The notes below the pieces were generated by a model. That model saw only the letters and a program-made list of their open reading frames with translations, searched no databases and was not told the origin of the DNA. From the NCBI GenBank assembly GCA_963692905.1, contig OY843583.1, forward strand, positions 1,407,883-1,471,882: DNA of 64,000 nucleotides. Reading direction: 5' to 3'. The position numbers were made by a program, and so were the translations under genes. This document shows positions 46,508 through 58,200 of the stretch, in pieces. Origin of the DNA: Spirochaetia bacterium (GTDB lineage: Bacteria; Spirochaetota; Spirochaetia; G963692905). Position 1 is the stretch's first letter, and each line of letters begins with the position of its first letter.

Positions 46508-47719
46508 GTGCTGTGGGGCACCCTGGGGGCCGCCTTAATGGTATTGGTGACCCTGGTAGTATTGGTAGCCTGTCCGGCTGCGAATAATGCTGGAAATGGA
46601 GGTCCTGGTCCTGGTCCTAGTCCTGATGAGGAGTATGTCTGTGCCAACGGCACCGCCGTTGATGGTACCACTGATACGGCTGGGGAAACCCGCTGTGTAA
46701 GCTGTGACACGAATTATGTCCTGTCCGGTGTTGCCTGCGTTCGTCGGGCCGGTATCTGCTTTAATCCACCAGGCGGTGACATACTTGTCGGTACTGCGGA
46801 CGATAATACGCTTACTAGTACCACTGCAAATAATGAGCTGTATGGTTGTGGAGGGACCGATACCTATGTCTTTGCCGCCAACTTTGGTATGGATAGTATT
46901 GGATCTGACATGACCACCGATAGCGAATTAGAGGGGGAAGACACAATACAGTTTGATAGCGCCGCGGCGCTCTCTTTTGGCTATATTACTGGCACTACCC
47001 ATGTCACCATTGGTCAAGGGAGCGGCCATACCCTTACCATTTACGAGCCCGATCGTATCCTTGGTAGCGCCACTTCTCTTGAGACCGGCCCCCCCAGTGC
47101 GGTGGACTTTAAGCTACGGCATGGAGGCACAACCTACAATGTAATGGTAGGGGATTTAGGCTCTAGTGCTTCTGGTGTACTACCCCCTACACTATTACTA
47201 GTTGGGACTCCAGCCCCGGATATCTTAATCGGATTTGGTGGAGACGATTTCCTTGCAGGAGCAGTTTTTCTAAGTACTATCCCGAACACTGATAATGATA
47301 TTCTCCTGGGTGGTGCAGGTAATGATATTATACGTGGCCATCAAGGTGACGATCTACTGATTGGTGGCCCTGGTAACGATCAGCTCTATGGTGGAGCACC
47401 CGACGACAGACCTGTAGACGATGCCTGGGGAGCAGATATCTTTCGCTTTGGTAGCAACTTTGGTACTGATACGATTGGGTTTTATGGTGGAGTTAGTTCT
47501 ACTATGGCTCTTGGCATAGACTCCACAGATAGGCTAGAGTTCACCGATACTGGCACCCTTACCTTGAGTTGGAACGCCGATAACGACCTTACCATTGCAC
47601 AGGGAAGCGATAGTGTTCTTGTTTATAGAGCCAACAGGGCCTTTGGTTTTACTATTGAGTGGAATAGTATGACTGAGACGGTAGATAGCACTACCGATCT
47701 TCTGGTAGATGGTATGTAA
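46508..47719 (+). CDS. Surface lipoprotein with RTX-type calcium-binding nonapeptide repeats. The likely true start is ATG 46336, which is out of frame through the AG tract.
   Basis: Shared N-terminal module and lipobox LVAC, Cys module YVCANGT..RCVSCD, and GGAGNDIIRGHQGDDLLIGGPGNDQLYGG (GGxGxD repeats). Confidence 0.8.
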   Translation: MLWGTLGAALMVLVTLVVLVACPAANNAGNGGPGPGPSPDEEYVCANGTAVDGTTDTAGETRCVSCDTNYVLSGVACVRRAGICFNPPGGDILVGTADDNTLTSTTANNELYGCGGTDTYVFAANFGMDSIGSDMTTDSELEGEDTIQFDSAAALSFGYITGTTHVTIGQGSGHTLTIYEPDRILGSATSLETGPPSAVDFKLRHGGTTYNVMVGDLGSSASGVLPPTLLLVGTPAPDILIGFGGDDFLAGAVFLSTIPNTDNDILLGGAGNDIIRGHQGDDLLIGGPGNDQLYGGAPDDRPVDDAWGADIFRFGSNFGTDTIGFYGGVSSTMALGIDSTDRLEFTDTGTLTLSWNADNDLTIAQGSDSVLVYRANRAFGFTIEWNSMTETVDSTTDLLVDGM

Positions 47720-47768
47720 CCAGACCTGACTTTAATCTGGTCACGCTCTCCATTGAGCTAAAAATAGG

Positions 47769-47801
47769 ATAGGGAAGGGTTTAACCCTTCCCTATTTTTT
47801 T
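47769..47801 (+). terminator. Intrinsic terminator (bidirectional look)
   Basis: ATAGGGAAGGG-TTTAA-CCCTTCCCTAT followed by a T run and preceded by an A run. Confidence 0.7.
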
Positions 47802-47881
47802 GCCTAACCAGGGCCCTATCAGGCCCCTATTCAAAAAACGACATAGGGGGCATTAAAGCGCTCTCTGCTGAAATGAAATAG

Positions 47882-47917
47882 AGTGGGGAGGAGGTTTCAA
47901 CCCCTCCCTATTTTTTT
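47882..47917 (+). terminator. Second, paralogous intrinsic terminator
   Basis: GGGAGG-N11-CCTCCC with extensions, followed by T7. Confidence 0.55.
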
Positions 47918-48267
47918 GCGTAGCTCCTATCCAAAAAACCGCGTAGAGAGCGTGTAAAACGCTTCCCTACTGTGGTTTTTTGCGCACCAAGTTTCGAGAG
48001 TGAGAGGTGGTGCATTTCGGTTTAATTCAGGAATTTCTTAAAAAAGCTTGACAAGAAGATATAAAAAAGTATACTTCATTGTCGGAGGTTATGCGCTATA
48101 TCATCTCTAGAGAGGGGTATTATATCACAATGTTTAGGCGTTGTAATGTGTGCTAGGTATTCCAACCCAAGAAACTGGTTGGACGCCATGGAGGCTAAAG
48201 GGACCGTCGGCAACAATAGATGTAGGTATAGAGCAAAAAATAGAGGAGAAAGAATGGAGGAAAGAAG

Positions 48268-48438
48268 ATGGCAAAGAGCAAGAATTTAATAAAAATTGGC
48301 TTGAAGTGCAGTGAGAGCGGGCATATTAACTATACTACCACCAAAAACCGAATGTATAATCAGATTAAAATTGCCCTGAAGAAATATTCGCCCTATTTGC
48401 GCAAGCACACATTGCATAGAGAGGTAAAACTCAAATAG
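48268..48438 (+). CDS. rpmG: 50S ribosomal protein L33
   Basis: [31 protein letters not shown]...[17 protein letters not shown]. Below the ORF-track cutoff; classic position before tRNA-Trp and secE. Confidence 0.85.
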   Translation: MAKSKNLIKIGLKCSESGHINYTTTKNRMYNQIKIALKKYSPYLRKHTLHREVKLK

Positions 48439-48453
48439 AGAGATCTAATATAG

Positions 48454-48527
48454 AGGTCAGTAGCTCCAACGGCTAGAGCGCCGGTCTCCAAAACCGGATG
48501 TTGCAGGTTCGAATCCTGCCTGACCTG
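48454..48527 (+). tRNA. trnW: tRNA-Trp (anticodon CCA)
   Basis: Acceptor stem AGGTCAG/CTGACCT, anticodon loop CT-CCA-AA, T-arm GGTTCGAATCC. 74 nt, CCA not encoded. Confidence 0.9.
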
Positions 48528-48637
48528 TAGTAGAAATAACATAGAAAAACAGAGAGTAGAGAATAATTTACAAGAAAAATTTATGAGCAAGGGGATCGTT
48601 AAGAAAGGAATCGTTAAGAAAGGAATGGAGCGATAGC

Positions 48638-48817
48638 ATGCGGCGCATATGGAAATTTTTTAAGGACTCCTACGCTGAACTAAAGCGAGTTACCTGGCCC
48701 ACTAGATCGGAGGTAGGGAGTTCTACCAAGGTGGTTATTATCTCGGTTGCTATCTTTGCGGCGGTATTAGGTCTCATTGATTTGGTATTATTGCGTCTTA
48801 TAGATGCACTCTTCTAG
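48638..48817 (+). CDS. secE: Preprotein translocase subunit SecE
   Basis: 59 aa. FFKDSYAELKRVTWPTRSEV plus a single TM helix. Conserved gene order. Confidence 0.85.
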   Translation: MRRIWKFFKDSYAELKRVTWPTRSEVGSSTKVVIISVAIFAAVLGLIDLVLLRLIDALF

Positions 48818-48824
48818 GATAGAG

Positions 48825-49391
48825 ATGAATAGAGTTAGCTCTAAGCAGTGGTATGTGCTTCACACCTACACCGGTCATGAACGCAAGGTTGCCGGACGTA
48901 TACAGGCGCAATTTGATATAGACTCTGAAAGAAGCATAATTAGCAACGTGGTGGTACCTGCCGAGAGGATTAACAAAGTGCGCGATGGCAAAAAGAGCAC
49001 TGTTACTCATATTTTTCTTCAGGGTTACCTGCTGTTAGAGATGCAACTAGATGATGATAACTGGCGAGATATTTGTGGCATGCTTACCAAGGTAGAGGGG
49101 GTAACCGGTTTTGCCGGTGCGCAGTATGGCAAGAAACCTCACCATATTAGTAAGGAGGAGGCTAGCAGTATTCTCCAACGAGCGGGGCTCATTAAGGGTG
49201 GTCCCAAAGTAGAGCGACAAGAGAGCTACATGGATGGAGAGACGGTACGCATATTAAAGGGTCCCTTCGAGTCCTTTACCGGCAACATAGACGAAATAGA
49301 TACTGAGCGGGGCAAGCTACGGGTCTCGGTGGGTATTTTTGGCAGAACCACGCCCGTAGAGGTCGATATCCTTGAGGTTGAGCGGATATAG
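48825..49391 (+). CDS. nusG: Transcription termination/antitermination factor NusG
   Basis: WYVLHTYTGHERKV NGN domain and C-terminal KOW (GETVRILKGPFESFTG). Confidence 0.92.
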   Translation: MNRVSSKQWYVLHTYTGHERKVAGRIQAQFDIDSERSIISNVVVPAERINKVRDGKKSTVTHIFLQGYLLLEMQLDDDNWRDICGMLTKVEGVTGFAGAQYGKKPHHISKEEASSILQRAGLIKGGPKVERQESYMDGETVRILKGPFESFTGNIDEIDTERGKLRVSVGIFGRTTPVEVDILEVERI

Positions 49392-49395
49392 TAGC

Positions 49396-49845
49396 ATGGG
49401 ACAGCAAAAAAAATCAGAGCCCAAGCAGGTGATTAAATTTCAGGTACCTGCCGGGGAGGCCAGCCCCGCCAATGTGGGCTCAATGTTAGGGCCACATGGG
49501 GTCAGTTCTCCGCAATTTTGTCAGCAATTTAATGAACGCACCAAGGGACTAGAGTCGGGGCTTCCAGTACCAGTAATTATCTCCATCTATGAAGATAAAA
49601 AATTTAGCTTTGTTACCAAGAGCCCTCCTACCTCCTTCCTCATACTTAAAACCCTAAGTATTGAGTCGGGCTCTGCGGTTCCCAACCGTGATAAGGTAGG
49701 AAAACTTACTGCTGCTCAGGTCAAAAGCATTGCTGAAATAAAACTGAAAGATCTTAATACCAATAACCTACAGATGGCCGCTAAAATAGTGACTGGCACC
49801 GCCCGAAGCATGGGTGTGGAGGTAGCAAACCATGAAGCGGACTAA
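49396..49845 (+). CDS. rplK: 50S ribosomal protein L11
   Basis: IKFQVPAGEASPANVGSMLGPHGV motif. Confidence 0.93.
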   Translation: MGQQKKSEPKQVIKFQVPAGEASPANVGSMLGPHGVSSPQFCQQFNERTKGLESGLPVPVIISIYEDKKFSFVTKSPPTSFLILKTLSIESGSAVPNRDKVGKLTAAQVKSIAEIKLKDLNTNNLQMAAKIVTGTARSMGVEVANHEAD

Positions 49846-50521
49846 GCGTTACCAGGCGCTGCTTAAGCAGTTTAGCCCTCAATATGAAAGCCATAAAAGC
49901 TCGGATGCAGCGCAACTTTTGAAGCAGAATGCCACAACCAAATTTGACGAGACCATAGACATTGCTGTTAACCTTAATCTTAAAAAGAGCCAGACCATAC
50001 GTGATTCTATGCGCCTTCCGCATCGCTTTGGTAAAGAACGAAAAATACTAGTGTTAGCGCGAGGAGAGAAGGCGCGCGATGCGCGCAATGCCGGCGCTAC
50101 CTATGTTGGCGATGCCGACTATATTCAGAAGATTAAAGATGGCTGGTTAGAATTTGACACGGTAATTGCTACCCCCGATATTATGCGAGAAATTGCGCCA
50201 CTAGGGGCTATTTTAGGACGCCGCGGTCTGATGCCCAACCCCAAAAGCGGCACTGTAACTATGGAAATTAGCCATGCAATAGGCGAGATGAGGGAGGGGC
50301 GGAGAGAGTTCCGCTCTGATAAGCATGGAGTGGTACATTTTTCGGTGGCTAAAAGTTCAATGGCCCCCGAGAAAATTACCGAGAATATTCAGGCAGCTAT
50401 TGGCACAATAACCAACTGTCGGCCGGAGGGGCATAAAGGTGAGTTTATTAAATCGGTGTTTGTCTCTACCACCATGGGTCCGTCTCTGGCGCTCGCTATT
50501 CAGGAAGGCCCGGGAGAATAA
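49832..50521 (+). CDS. rplA: 50S ribosomal protein L1
   Basis: L1 family sequence and position. Confidence 0.93.
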   Translation: MKRTKRYQALLKQFSPQYESHKSSDAAQLLKQNATTKFDETIDIAVNLNLKKSQTIRDSMRLPHRFGKERKILVLARGEKARDARNAGATYVGDADYIQKIKDGWLEFDTVIATPDIMREIAPLGAILGRRGLMPNPKSGTVTMEISHAIGEMREGRREFRSDKHGVVHFSVAKSSMAPEKITENIQAAIGTITNCRPEGHKGEFIKSVFVSTTMGPSLALAIQEGPGE

Positions 50522-50522
50522 A

Positions 50523-51134
50523 ATGCAGGGTAAAATGCAAGACTATGTTGCACGGGCCAACCCGTATAAACGTACCCAGGTTGTAGCACTGGCAGATCAG
50601 CTTAAGGGGCTTAATAGTTATATATTTACTGATTATCGAGGGGCCTCTGTTACCCATATGGGAGAGGTACGAGCTGAGCTAGAGAAGTTGGGCGCTCGCT
50701 ATCAGGTTATTAAGAATCGCTTAGCCATCCGCGCCCTTAAACAGGTATTAGATGAGAGTTTGACATTAAGTGCCGAGCATATCTCTGAGCTCTTACGCGG
50801 ACCTACCGCGCTAGTCTCTCTGCAGGGGGATGCCCACTCCACCCTGCAATATTTTGTCTCTATTAATGCCCAATCTCCAATATCCCTTAAGGGTGCAATA
50901 CTAGATGGCCTCTTTCACGGCAAAGAGGAGATAGAGGCCATGGCCAGCCTGCCTGCGCGTAGGATTTTGCTTGGGCGGCTACTTGGCCTATTGCAGGGAG
51001 CAGTGCGACAATTTCCGGCGCTATTATACCAGCTAGTTGCTGCGCCACTGCGTACTCTACAAGCTATAGCCGATGAAAACGAGGCTACCACGTCAGGGAG
51101 CTCAGCAACCAAAGAGAATAAAAAAAAGAAATAG
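50523..51134 (+). CDS. rplJ: 50S ribosomal protein L10
   Basis: Position between rplA and rplL; L10-like sequence. Start chosen at the ATG right after the rplA stop. Confidence 0.8.
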   Translation: MQGKMQDYVARANPYKRTQVVALADQLKGLNSYIFTDYRGASVTHMGEVRAELEKLGARYQVIKNRLAIRALKQVLDESLTLSAEHISELLRGPTALVSLQGDAHSTLQYFVSINAQSPISLKGAILDGLFHGKEEIEAMASLPARRILLGRLLGLLQGAVRQFPALLYQLVAAPLRTLQAIADENEATTSGSSATKENKKKK

Positions 51135-51179
51135 GTAATATGTTGAATATTTTATATTAACAAGGAGGAGAAAGATATT

Positions 51180-51572
51180 ATGACAACTGTAACAAAAGAA
51201 CAGATTGTTGATGCAATATCATCAATGTCTGTAGTTGAGGTTTCTGAATTGGTTAAGACCATGGAGGAAAAGTTTGGTGTAAGCGCCGCGCCACAAGTAG
51301 CGGTAGCGGGCATTCCGGCTGCTGTCTCTGCTGAGGCGGACGAAGAGGAGGCGGCATCCGCTACAGTAGATGTCATTCTTAAGTCTGCTGATGCCAGTAA
51401 AAAGATACCAGTCATCAAAGAGGTGCGGGTTGTTACTGGGCTGGGATTGAAGGATGCCAAAGATCTGGTAGAGGCTGGAGATAAGCCAATCAAAGAGGGT
51501 GTCACCAAAGATGAAGCCGAATCTATCAAAAAGAAGTTAGAGGCCGCCGGTGCAACCATCGAAATTAAGTAG
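51180..51572 (+). CDS. rplL: 50S ribosomal protein L7/L12
   Basis: C-terminal [22 protein letters not shown] motif. Confidence 0.95.
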   Translation: MTTVTKEQIVDAISSMSVVEVSELVKTMEEKFGVSAAPQVAVAGIPAAVSAEADEEEAASATVDVILKSADASKKIPVIKEVRVVTGLGLKDAKDLVEAGDKPIKEGVTKDEAESIKKKLEAAGATIEIK

Positions 51573-51583
51573 CGTTATCTATC

Positions 51584-54500
51584 ATGAAGAGTAAACGCGT
51601 TAATATGCTGCGTCCGCGCCAGGTATTGGGAAAGCAACTGGCTGAACCCATGGAGCTTCCTAACTTAGTTGAGGTACAGCTTCAGGCATACGAAAAATTT
51701 TTACAGACCAAGCATTTAGGGAAATCCGGGAAGATGCTTCATCATGGTTTAGAGGAGGTATTTCGATCAGTCTTTCCCATTGAGCGCACTGATGGGGTAC
51801 TGCGTCTGGAATATGATCATTATATCCTAGACTACGATGGCATTAAATATAATGAGGAGAAGTGCCGAAGAGAGCGTCGTACCTATGCAGTGCCGGTACG
51901 GGCGCGCATAAATCTGGTGTTTCAAGAGACGGGGGAGATCCGCCAAAAGGATATCTATTTTTGCGATCTTCCGCTTATGACTAATCGCGGCACCTTTATA
52001 ATTAATGGCACTGAGAGGGTGGTAGTAAGCCAGATTCATCGCAGCCCTGGGGTAGTCTTTGCCAATGAGAGTGGTGTCATTAGCGCCCGTATCATTCCTT
52101 TTCGAGGGGCCTGGATTGAGTTTGAAGTAGATACCAAACATAACCTTTTTTATGTGAAGATTGATAGAAAAAAGCGCATCTTGGGTACCATTTTCTTACG
52201 GGCTATAGGCTACAAAACTAGTCGCGATATTATTAACTGCTTCTATAAAAACAAAAGCATTCCCCTTAAGGAGCTCTCCAAAAAAGAGGCGTTGGCAAGT
52301 CTAACGGGACAATGCTTAGCAGAGGAGATATCAATTAAGAGTACGGTTAATAAAACTACCTCTCTGACACTCAGCGCGGGGCATAAACTGCACCCGCAAG
52401 ATGCAGAAGAGATACTTAATGCCCGGCTTGAGAAGGTGGAGATTATTGATTTGGAAAGCCAACAATCGTTACATTCTAAAATTATTTTAGAATGTATTGA
52501 AGCCGAGGAGGGGGTATTTGCCAAAGCCTCTATAGAGTTTCCTGAGGGCAGTACTCTCTATGAAAAGTCGCTGTTTATGATGGCCTCTTCGATACCCCAC
52601 GGCTCCTCAGCTAGCATAGAGAGTATTGAGAGGGAGTTACAGAATACCTTCTTCTCCAACAAGCGCTATGATCTGGGTGAAGTAGGACGCTATAAGCTGA
52701 ATACCCGCTTTAATTATTCTGAGAGGTCGGCCACTCGTGCGCTTACCTTAGAGGATGTTATTACCACCTTGAACTATCTTATACAGGTTTATATTGGAGA
52801 GAGAAGATCAGATGATATTGATCACCTCAGTAATCGGCGCATTCGCGCCGTTGACGAACTTCTAGTTACCCAGCTTAAAGGGGCTTTCATTCGGGTAGAA
52901 CGTATTGCCAGAGATCGAATGTCTACGAAAGAACATGAGGCGCTTCGTCCCCAAGACCTTATCTCCATTAAACCAATAATTACTGCCATTAATGAATTCT
53001 TTGGTCTAAGCCAACTCTCACAATTTATGGATCAGATTAATCCTTTGGCCGAGCTCACTCATAAACGTCGAGTAAACGCATTGGGTCCCGGTGGACTTAC
53101 TCGAGAGCGCGCCGGGTTTGAGGTGCGAGATGTACACTATACCCATTATGGACGTATGTGTCCTATTGAGACCCCGGAGGGTCAGAATATTGGGCTTATT
53201 ATCTCGCTGGCCAATTTTGCGCAGATTAACAAGTATGGTTTTTTGGAGGCCCCCTACCGCAAGGTAAAAAATGGAAAGGTTACCAATGAGATAACCTATC
53301 TTTCGGCAATTGAGGAGGAGAACTATTTTATTGCTCAGGCTGATGCCGAATTAGACCCCAATAATAGTTTTGTCTCGCAAGATGTGGCGGTACGCCGCGC
53401 AGGCGATTTTACCACCTGTCCCGCCAAAGAGGTAGAGTATATGGATGTTTCTCCGCGACAGATTGTCTCTATATCCGCATCGCTTATTCCTTTTTTAGAG
53501 CATGATGATGCCAACCGGGCGCTTATGGGCTCTAATATGCAGCGTCAGGCGGTACCGCTACTCTTTGCCGAAGCACCGCGAGTGGGCACTGGTATGGAGT
53601 ATCGCTCGGCATACGATTCAGGCGCCATGGTAATAGCAACCACACCCGGTACGGTTAGCTATGTAGATGGCGAACACATTGAGATTACACCCAATCCTCC
53701 TAAAACTGCTGCTACCACCGATACTAATAGCACCAAGAGCCAAAAAAGCCCCGCCCCCAAGCCTATTGGCTACAATCTTATGAAATATCAGCGCAGCAAT
53801 CAGGACACCTGTCTCCATCAACGGCCTATTGTCAAAAAGGGACAGCGAGTAGTAGCGGGAGAGCCAATTGCCGATGGTACCTCTACCTCTCGTGGAGAGT
53901 TGGCTTTGGGGTGCAACGTATTGGTCGGATTGGTGCCCTGGTATGGCTACAACTTTGAGGATGCTATTCTGGTCTCTGAGCGGTTAGTAAAGAAGGATCT
54001 CTTTACCTCAGTGCATATTAAAGAGATGGTATTAGAGATACGTGAGACTAAGCTGGGACCAGAAAAGATAACTGCAGATATACCCAATACCGCTCAAGAG
54101 TCACTCACGCATCTTTCTGAAGAGGGAGTAGTACACATTGGTGCCCGAGTTAAATCGGGCGATATTCTGGTGGGCAAGGTTACTCCCAAGAGCGAGAATG
54201 ATACCTCGCCAGAGTTTCGGCTACTCAATTCTATCTTTGGCGAGAAGGCTAAAGAGGTACGTGATTCATCACTGCGCCTGCCCCATGGTGTAGAGGGGAC
54301 GGTCATTGAAGTACAGCGAGTGGATCGCACTACCAACAACGAACTCAGTCCCGGGGTAATCGAAACCGTAAAGGTGTTAGTGGCCTCGAAACGACAATTA
54401 AAGGAGGGCGATAAGATGGCGGGCCGCCATGGTAACAAGGGCGTAGTAGCGAAGGTGGTACCAGTAGAAGAGATGCCCTATCTCAGCGATGGTACTCCAT

Positions 54501-55162
54501 TAGATGTCTGTCTCAGTCCTTTGGGGGTACCTTCCCGCATGAATCTGGGACAACTACTGGAAACCGAGCTGGGCTGGGCGGCACATGTTCTTGATGAGTG
54601 GTATGCCACTCCAGTTTTTGAATCTCCCCCGGAAGAGATGATCCGCAAGAAATTGAAACAGGCTAAACTTCCTACCAATTCCAAGGTAACGCTCTATGAT
54701 GGCAAAACCGGAGAGCCCTTTGAGAATCAGGTAATGGTTGGCTATATGTACCTTTTGAAACTGCATCATCTAGTAGATGACAAAATGCATGCTCGCTCTA
54801 CCGGACCCTACTCCTTGGTAACCCAGCAGCCGTTGGGAGGCAAAGCGCAATTTGGAGGTCAGCGCTTGGGAGAGATGGAGGTATGGGCATTAGAGGCCTA
54901 TGGCGCGGCCAATATCCTACAGGAACTACTAACCATTAAATCGGACGATATGAATGGGCGAACTCGTATATATGAGGGCATAGTCAAGAGTGAGCCTCTT
55001 ACTTCGCCTGGGATTCCAGAATCGTTCCATGTACTAGTGCAAGAATTGCGTAGTTTGGGTCTTGATCTCAATATCTTTGATAAAAAGGGTAATCAAGTAG
55101 CACTTACTGAGCGGGATGAAGAGCTGGTGGCTCGCAAGGGTAGCAGTTTTTTCAATGATTAA
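51584..55162 (+). CDS. rpoB: DNA-directed RNA polymerase beta subunit
   Basis: Rif cluster region [20 protein letters not shown] and the [13 protein letters not shown] motif. Confidence 0.98.
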   Translation: MKSKRVNMLRPRQVLGKQLAEPMELPNLVEVQLQAYEKFLQTKHLGKSGKMLHHGLEEVFRSVFPIERTDGVLRLEYDHYILDYDGIKYNEEKCRRERRTYAVPVRARINLVFQETGEIRQKDIYFCDLPLMTNRGTFIINGTERVVVSQIHRSPGVVFANESGVISARIIPFRGAWIEFEVDTKHNLFYVKIDRKKRILGTIFLRAIGYKTSRDIINCFYKNKSIPLKELSKKEALASLTGQCLAEEISIKSTVNKTTSLTLSAGHKLHPQDAEEILNARLEKVEIIDLESQQSLHSKIILECIEAEEGVFAKASIEFPEGSTLYEKSLFMMASSIPHGSSASIESIERELQNTFFSNKRYDLGEVGRYKLNTRFNYSERSATRALTLEDVITTLNYLIQVYIGERRSDDIDHLSNRRIRAVDELLVTQLKGAFIRVERIARDRMSTKEHEALRPQDLISIKPIITAINEFFGLSQLSQFMDQINPLAELTHKRRVNALGPGGLTRERAGFEVRDVHYTHYGRMCPIETPEGQNIGLIISLANFAQINKYGFLEAPYRKVKNGKVTNEITYLSAIEEENYFIAQADAELDPNNSFVSQDVAVRRAGDFTTCPAKEVEYMDVSPRQIVSISASLIPFLEHDDANRALMGSNMQRQAVPLLFAEAPRVGTGMEYRSAYDSGAMVIATTPGTVSYVDGEHIEITPNPPKTAATTDTNSTKSQKSPAPKPIGYNLMKYQRSNQDTCLHQRPIVKKGQRVVAGEPIADGTSTSRGELALGCNVLVGLVPWYGYNFEDAILVSERLVKKDLFTSVHIKEMVLEIRETKLGPEKITADIPNTAQESLTHLSEEGVVHIGARVKSGDILVGKVTPKSENDTSPEFRLLNSIFGEKAKEVRDSSLRLPHGVEGTVIEVQRVDRTTNNELSPGVIETVKVLVASKRQLKEGDKMAGRHGNKGVVAKVVPVEEMPYLSDGTPLDVCLSPLGVPSRMNLGQLLETELGWAAHVLDEWYATPVFESPPEEMIRKKLKQAKLPTNSKVTLYDGKTGEPFENQVMVGYMYLLKLHHLVDDKMHARSTGPYSLVTQQPLGGKAQFGGQRLGEMEVWALEAYGAANILQELLTIKSDDMNGRTRIYEGIVKSEPLTSPGIPESFHVLVQELRSLGLDLNIFDKKGNQVALTERDEELVARKGSSFFND

Positions 55163-55214
55163 AGAGTCAGTACAGGTAGTAGGTAAAAATTAAGCAGCTG
55201 GAGGCAAGAGAACA

Positions 55215-58200
55215 GTGAAAAAAATACAAGATTTTGATGGAATATCAATTAAACTGGCCTCACCAGAGCGCATTCGTGAATGGAGCTATGGTGAGGTCAA
55301 AAAACCAGAGACAATTAATTACCGTACGCTTCGTCCCGAGAAGGATGGGCTATTTTGCGAGCGTATCTTTGGTACCACCAAAGAGTGGGAGTGTTACTGC
55401 GGAAAGTTCAAATCTATCCGTTACAAAGGGGTAGTTTGTGACCGCTGTGGGGTAGAGGTTACTCATTTTCGCGTGCGGCGTGAGCGGATGGGGCATATTG
55501 AGTTGGCCACCCCGGTATCACATATTTGGTACTACCGCTCGGTTCCCTCTAGAATTGGTCTACTACTAGATCTTACGGTGAGCGCCTTGCGCTCAGTACT
55601 CTACTATGAGAAATATATTGTTATTGATTCCGGGGGCACCGATTTCAACAAGATGGATTTGCTTAGCGAGGAGGAATATGAGCAGGCGCGCGAGCGCTAT
55701 GGTATGACCTTTACAGCTAGTATTGGCGCTGAGTCACTCTTAACCCTCTTGGAGCAGACTGATCTTGATCAGCTGGCGATTACGCTGCGTGATAAGATGA
55801 ATTCAAAACGGTTGGTAAATGATCAACGGCTGCTCAAGCGTATTGAGTTGGTAGAGAATTTTCGCAATTCTGGGAACCGTCCCGAGTGGATGATCTTTAA
55901 GGTAATCCCAGTATTGCCCCCTGAACTGCGTCCCATGGTACAGCTGGATGGGGGACGTTTTGCCACTAGCGATCTTAATGATCTCTACCGCCGAGTTATC
56001 AATCGTAATAATCGCCTTAAGCGACTTATGGCGCTGAAGGCACCAGACATTATTGTTCGCAATGAAAAGCGTATGTTGCAAGAGGCGGTAGATGCGCTTT
56101 TTGATAATTCCAAGAAACGACGGGCAGTTAAGGGAAGTGCCAACCGCGCTCTGCGTTCGCTCTCAGATCTCATTCGGGGGAAGCAGGGGCGCTTCCGGCA
56201 AAATCTGCTGGGCAAACGGGTAGATTATTCCGGGCGTTCAGTTATTGTTCCCGGCCCCGATCTTAAACTGCATCAATGTGGATTGCCCATTAAGATGGCG
56301 CTGGAGCTCTTTAAGCCATTTATTATGAAAAAATTGGTCGAGCGAGATGTGGTCTATAATGTGAAGCGCGCCAAAATGTTGGTAGATAGCGAATCACCCG
56401 AGGTGTGGGAGATTCTTGATGAGGTAATCCAACATCATCCGGTGCTGCTTAATCGGGCGCCCACGCTCCATCGGTTAGGCATACAGGCTTTTGAACCTAT
56501 TTTAGTGGGCGGCAAAGCGTTACGCCTACACCCCTTGGTGTGTCATGCCTACAACGCCGACTTTGATGGTGACCAGATGGCAGTACATGTTCCATTGACC
56601 CAAGCGGCACAGGTGGAGAGCTGGACATTGATGCTCTCTACCCGAAACCTGCTCAATCCAGCTGATGGACGCCCCATTGTCTTTCCCTCGCGGGATATTG
56701 TTCTGGGCATCTATCACCTTACTGCTATTAAGCAGGGCGCTAACCACCACGTTCGCCGCTTCTTCAATATACGGGAGGCCATCATGGCTCGGGAGTTTCA
56801 TCTGCTAAACTATCAAACCCCTATTGAGCTCTACCATGAGGGCCAGATAATAGAGACCACCATTGGTCGGGTGCTCTTCAATGAGGAGCTACCGAAAGAT
56901 ATACCCTTTATAAATCAGACCTTAGGAGAGGATGAGTTACATGATTTTATTGCCACCATCTACCAGAAGCATGGCCAATCTGCCACCGTAGAGGTCCTAG
57001 AGACTATTAAACGGTTGGGATTCCAATACTCCACCATCTTTGGCGCCACTATAGGCGTTGAAGATATTACTATTCCCAAGGATAAGGGCAAAATGATCGC
57101 TGGCGCCAATAAGTTGGTACATACGGTGCAAGAGCAATATCGTAAGGGACATATTACCAATGAGGAGCGTTACAACCGGGTAGTTGATATATGGAACAAA
57201 ACCAACGAAGAGCTTACCGATGTAATGATGCAGCATCTACAGGCGGATCAAGGTGGCTTTAATCCAGTCTATCTCATGGCCATTTCAGGGGCGCGTGGTA
57301 GTCGTAATCAGATTCGCCAACTGGCTGGAATGCGGGGGCTCATGGCTAAACCCTCTGGTGATATTATTGAACTTCCTATCCGCTCCAACTTTAAGGAGGG
57401 ACTTTCGGTGATTGAATTCTTTATATCCACCAACGGCGCCCGCAAAGGACTAGCCGACACGGCACTCAAAACCTCAGATGCCGGTTATCTTACTCGTCGT
57501 TTAGTAGATATTGCACAGGATGCGGTGGTTAATGAAGATGATTGTGGCACTATAAATGGTATTGAGATTGCGGCCCTGAAGGAGGGCGAGGAGATTGTAG
57601 AGCCACTCTCCGATCGTATTCGTGGGCGCTATACCATTGAGCGGGTACGCCATCCTATTACGAATGAAATAATGGTAAATGTTAATCAGGAGATAAACGA
57701 TGAGTTAGCGGAGTCGATTGAATATGCCGGTATTGAGTCGGTCAGAATCCGTACTGAGCTTACCTGCGAGAGCAAACATGGAATATGTCGTCTCTGTTAC
57801 GGCAGAAATCTGGCAACCAACCGTACGGTAGAAATAGGTGAAGCGGTAGGTATTATTGCCGCCCAATCTATAGGGCAACCTGGTACCCAACTTACTATGC
57901 GCACCTTTCATATCGGTGGTACCGCTACCAAGGCGGCCGAAGAGAGCCGTACTTATCTTAAGTATCCGGTATTTGTACAGGGCTTTGAAGGTAATCGGGT
58001 AACCGGGGCTAATGGGCATCAGGTCTTTACCCGAAAGGGTACTATTGTAGTGGCACGTATACTCAAACAGTTTAATCAGGAAAAGGGAGATACGCTTCTT
58101 AATATTAAAGACGGACAGAAGGTATTTCGTAATCAACCCATTTTTAAGCGTGGCAACCAAGAGATTCAGGCTCCAGAAAATGCCTTTATTTTAACACACA

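Noticed and set aside
51152-51559. Antisense ORFs inside highly conserved genes: this one opposite rplL, and similar ones opposite rpoB, rpoC, dnaK, fusA, sucA and hisF (for example 36557-37114)
   Set aside because: These are shadow ORFs opposite strongly supported genes.
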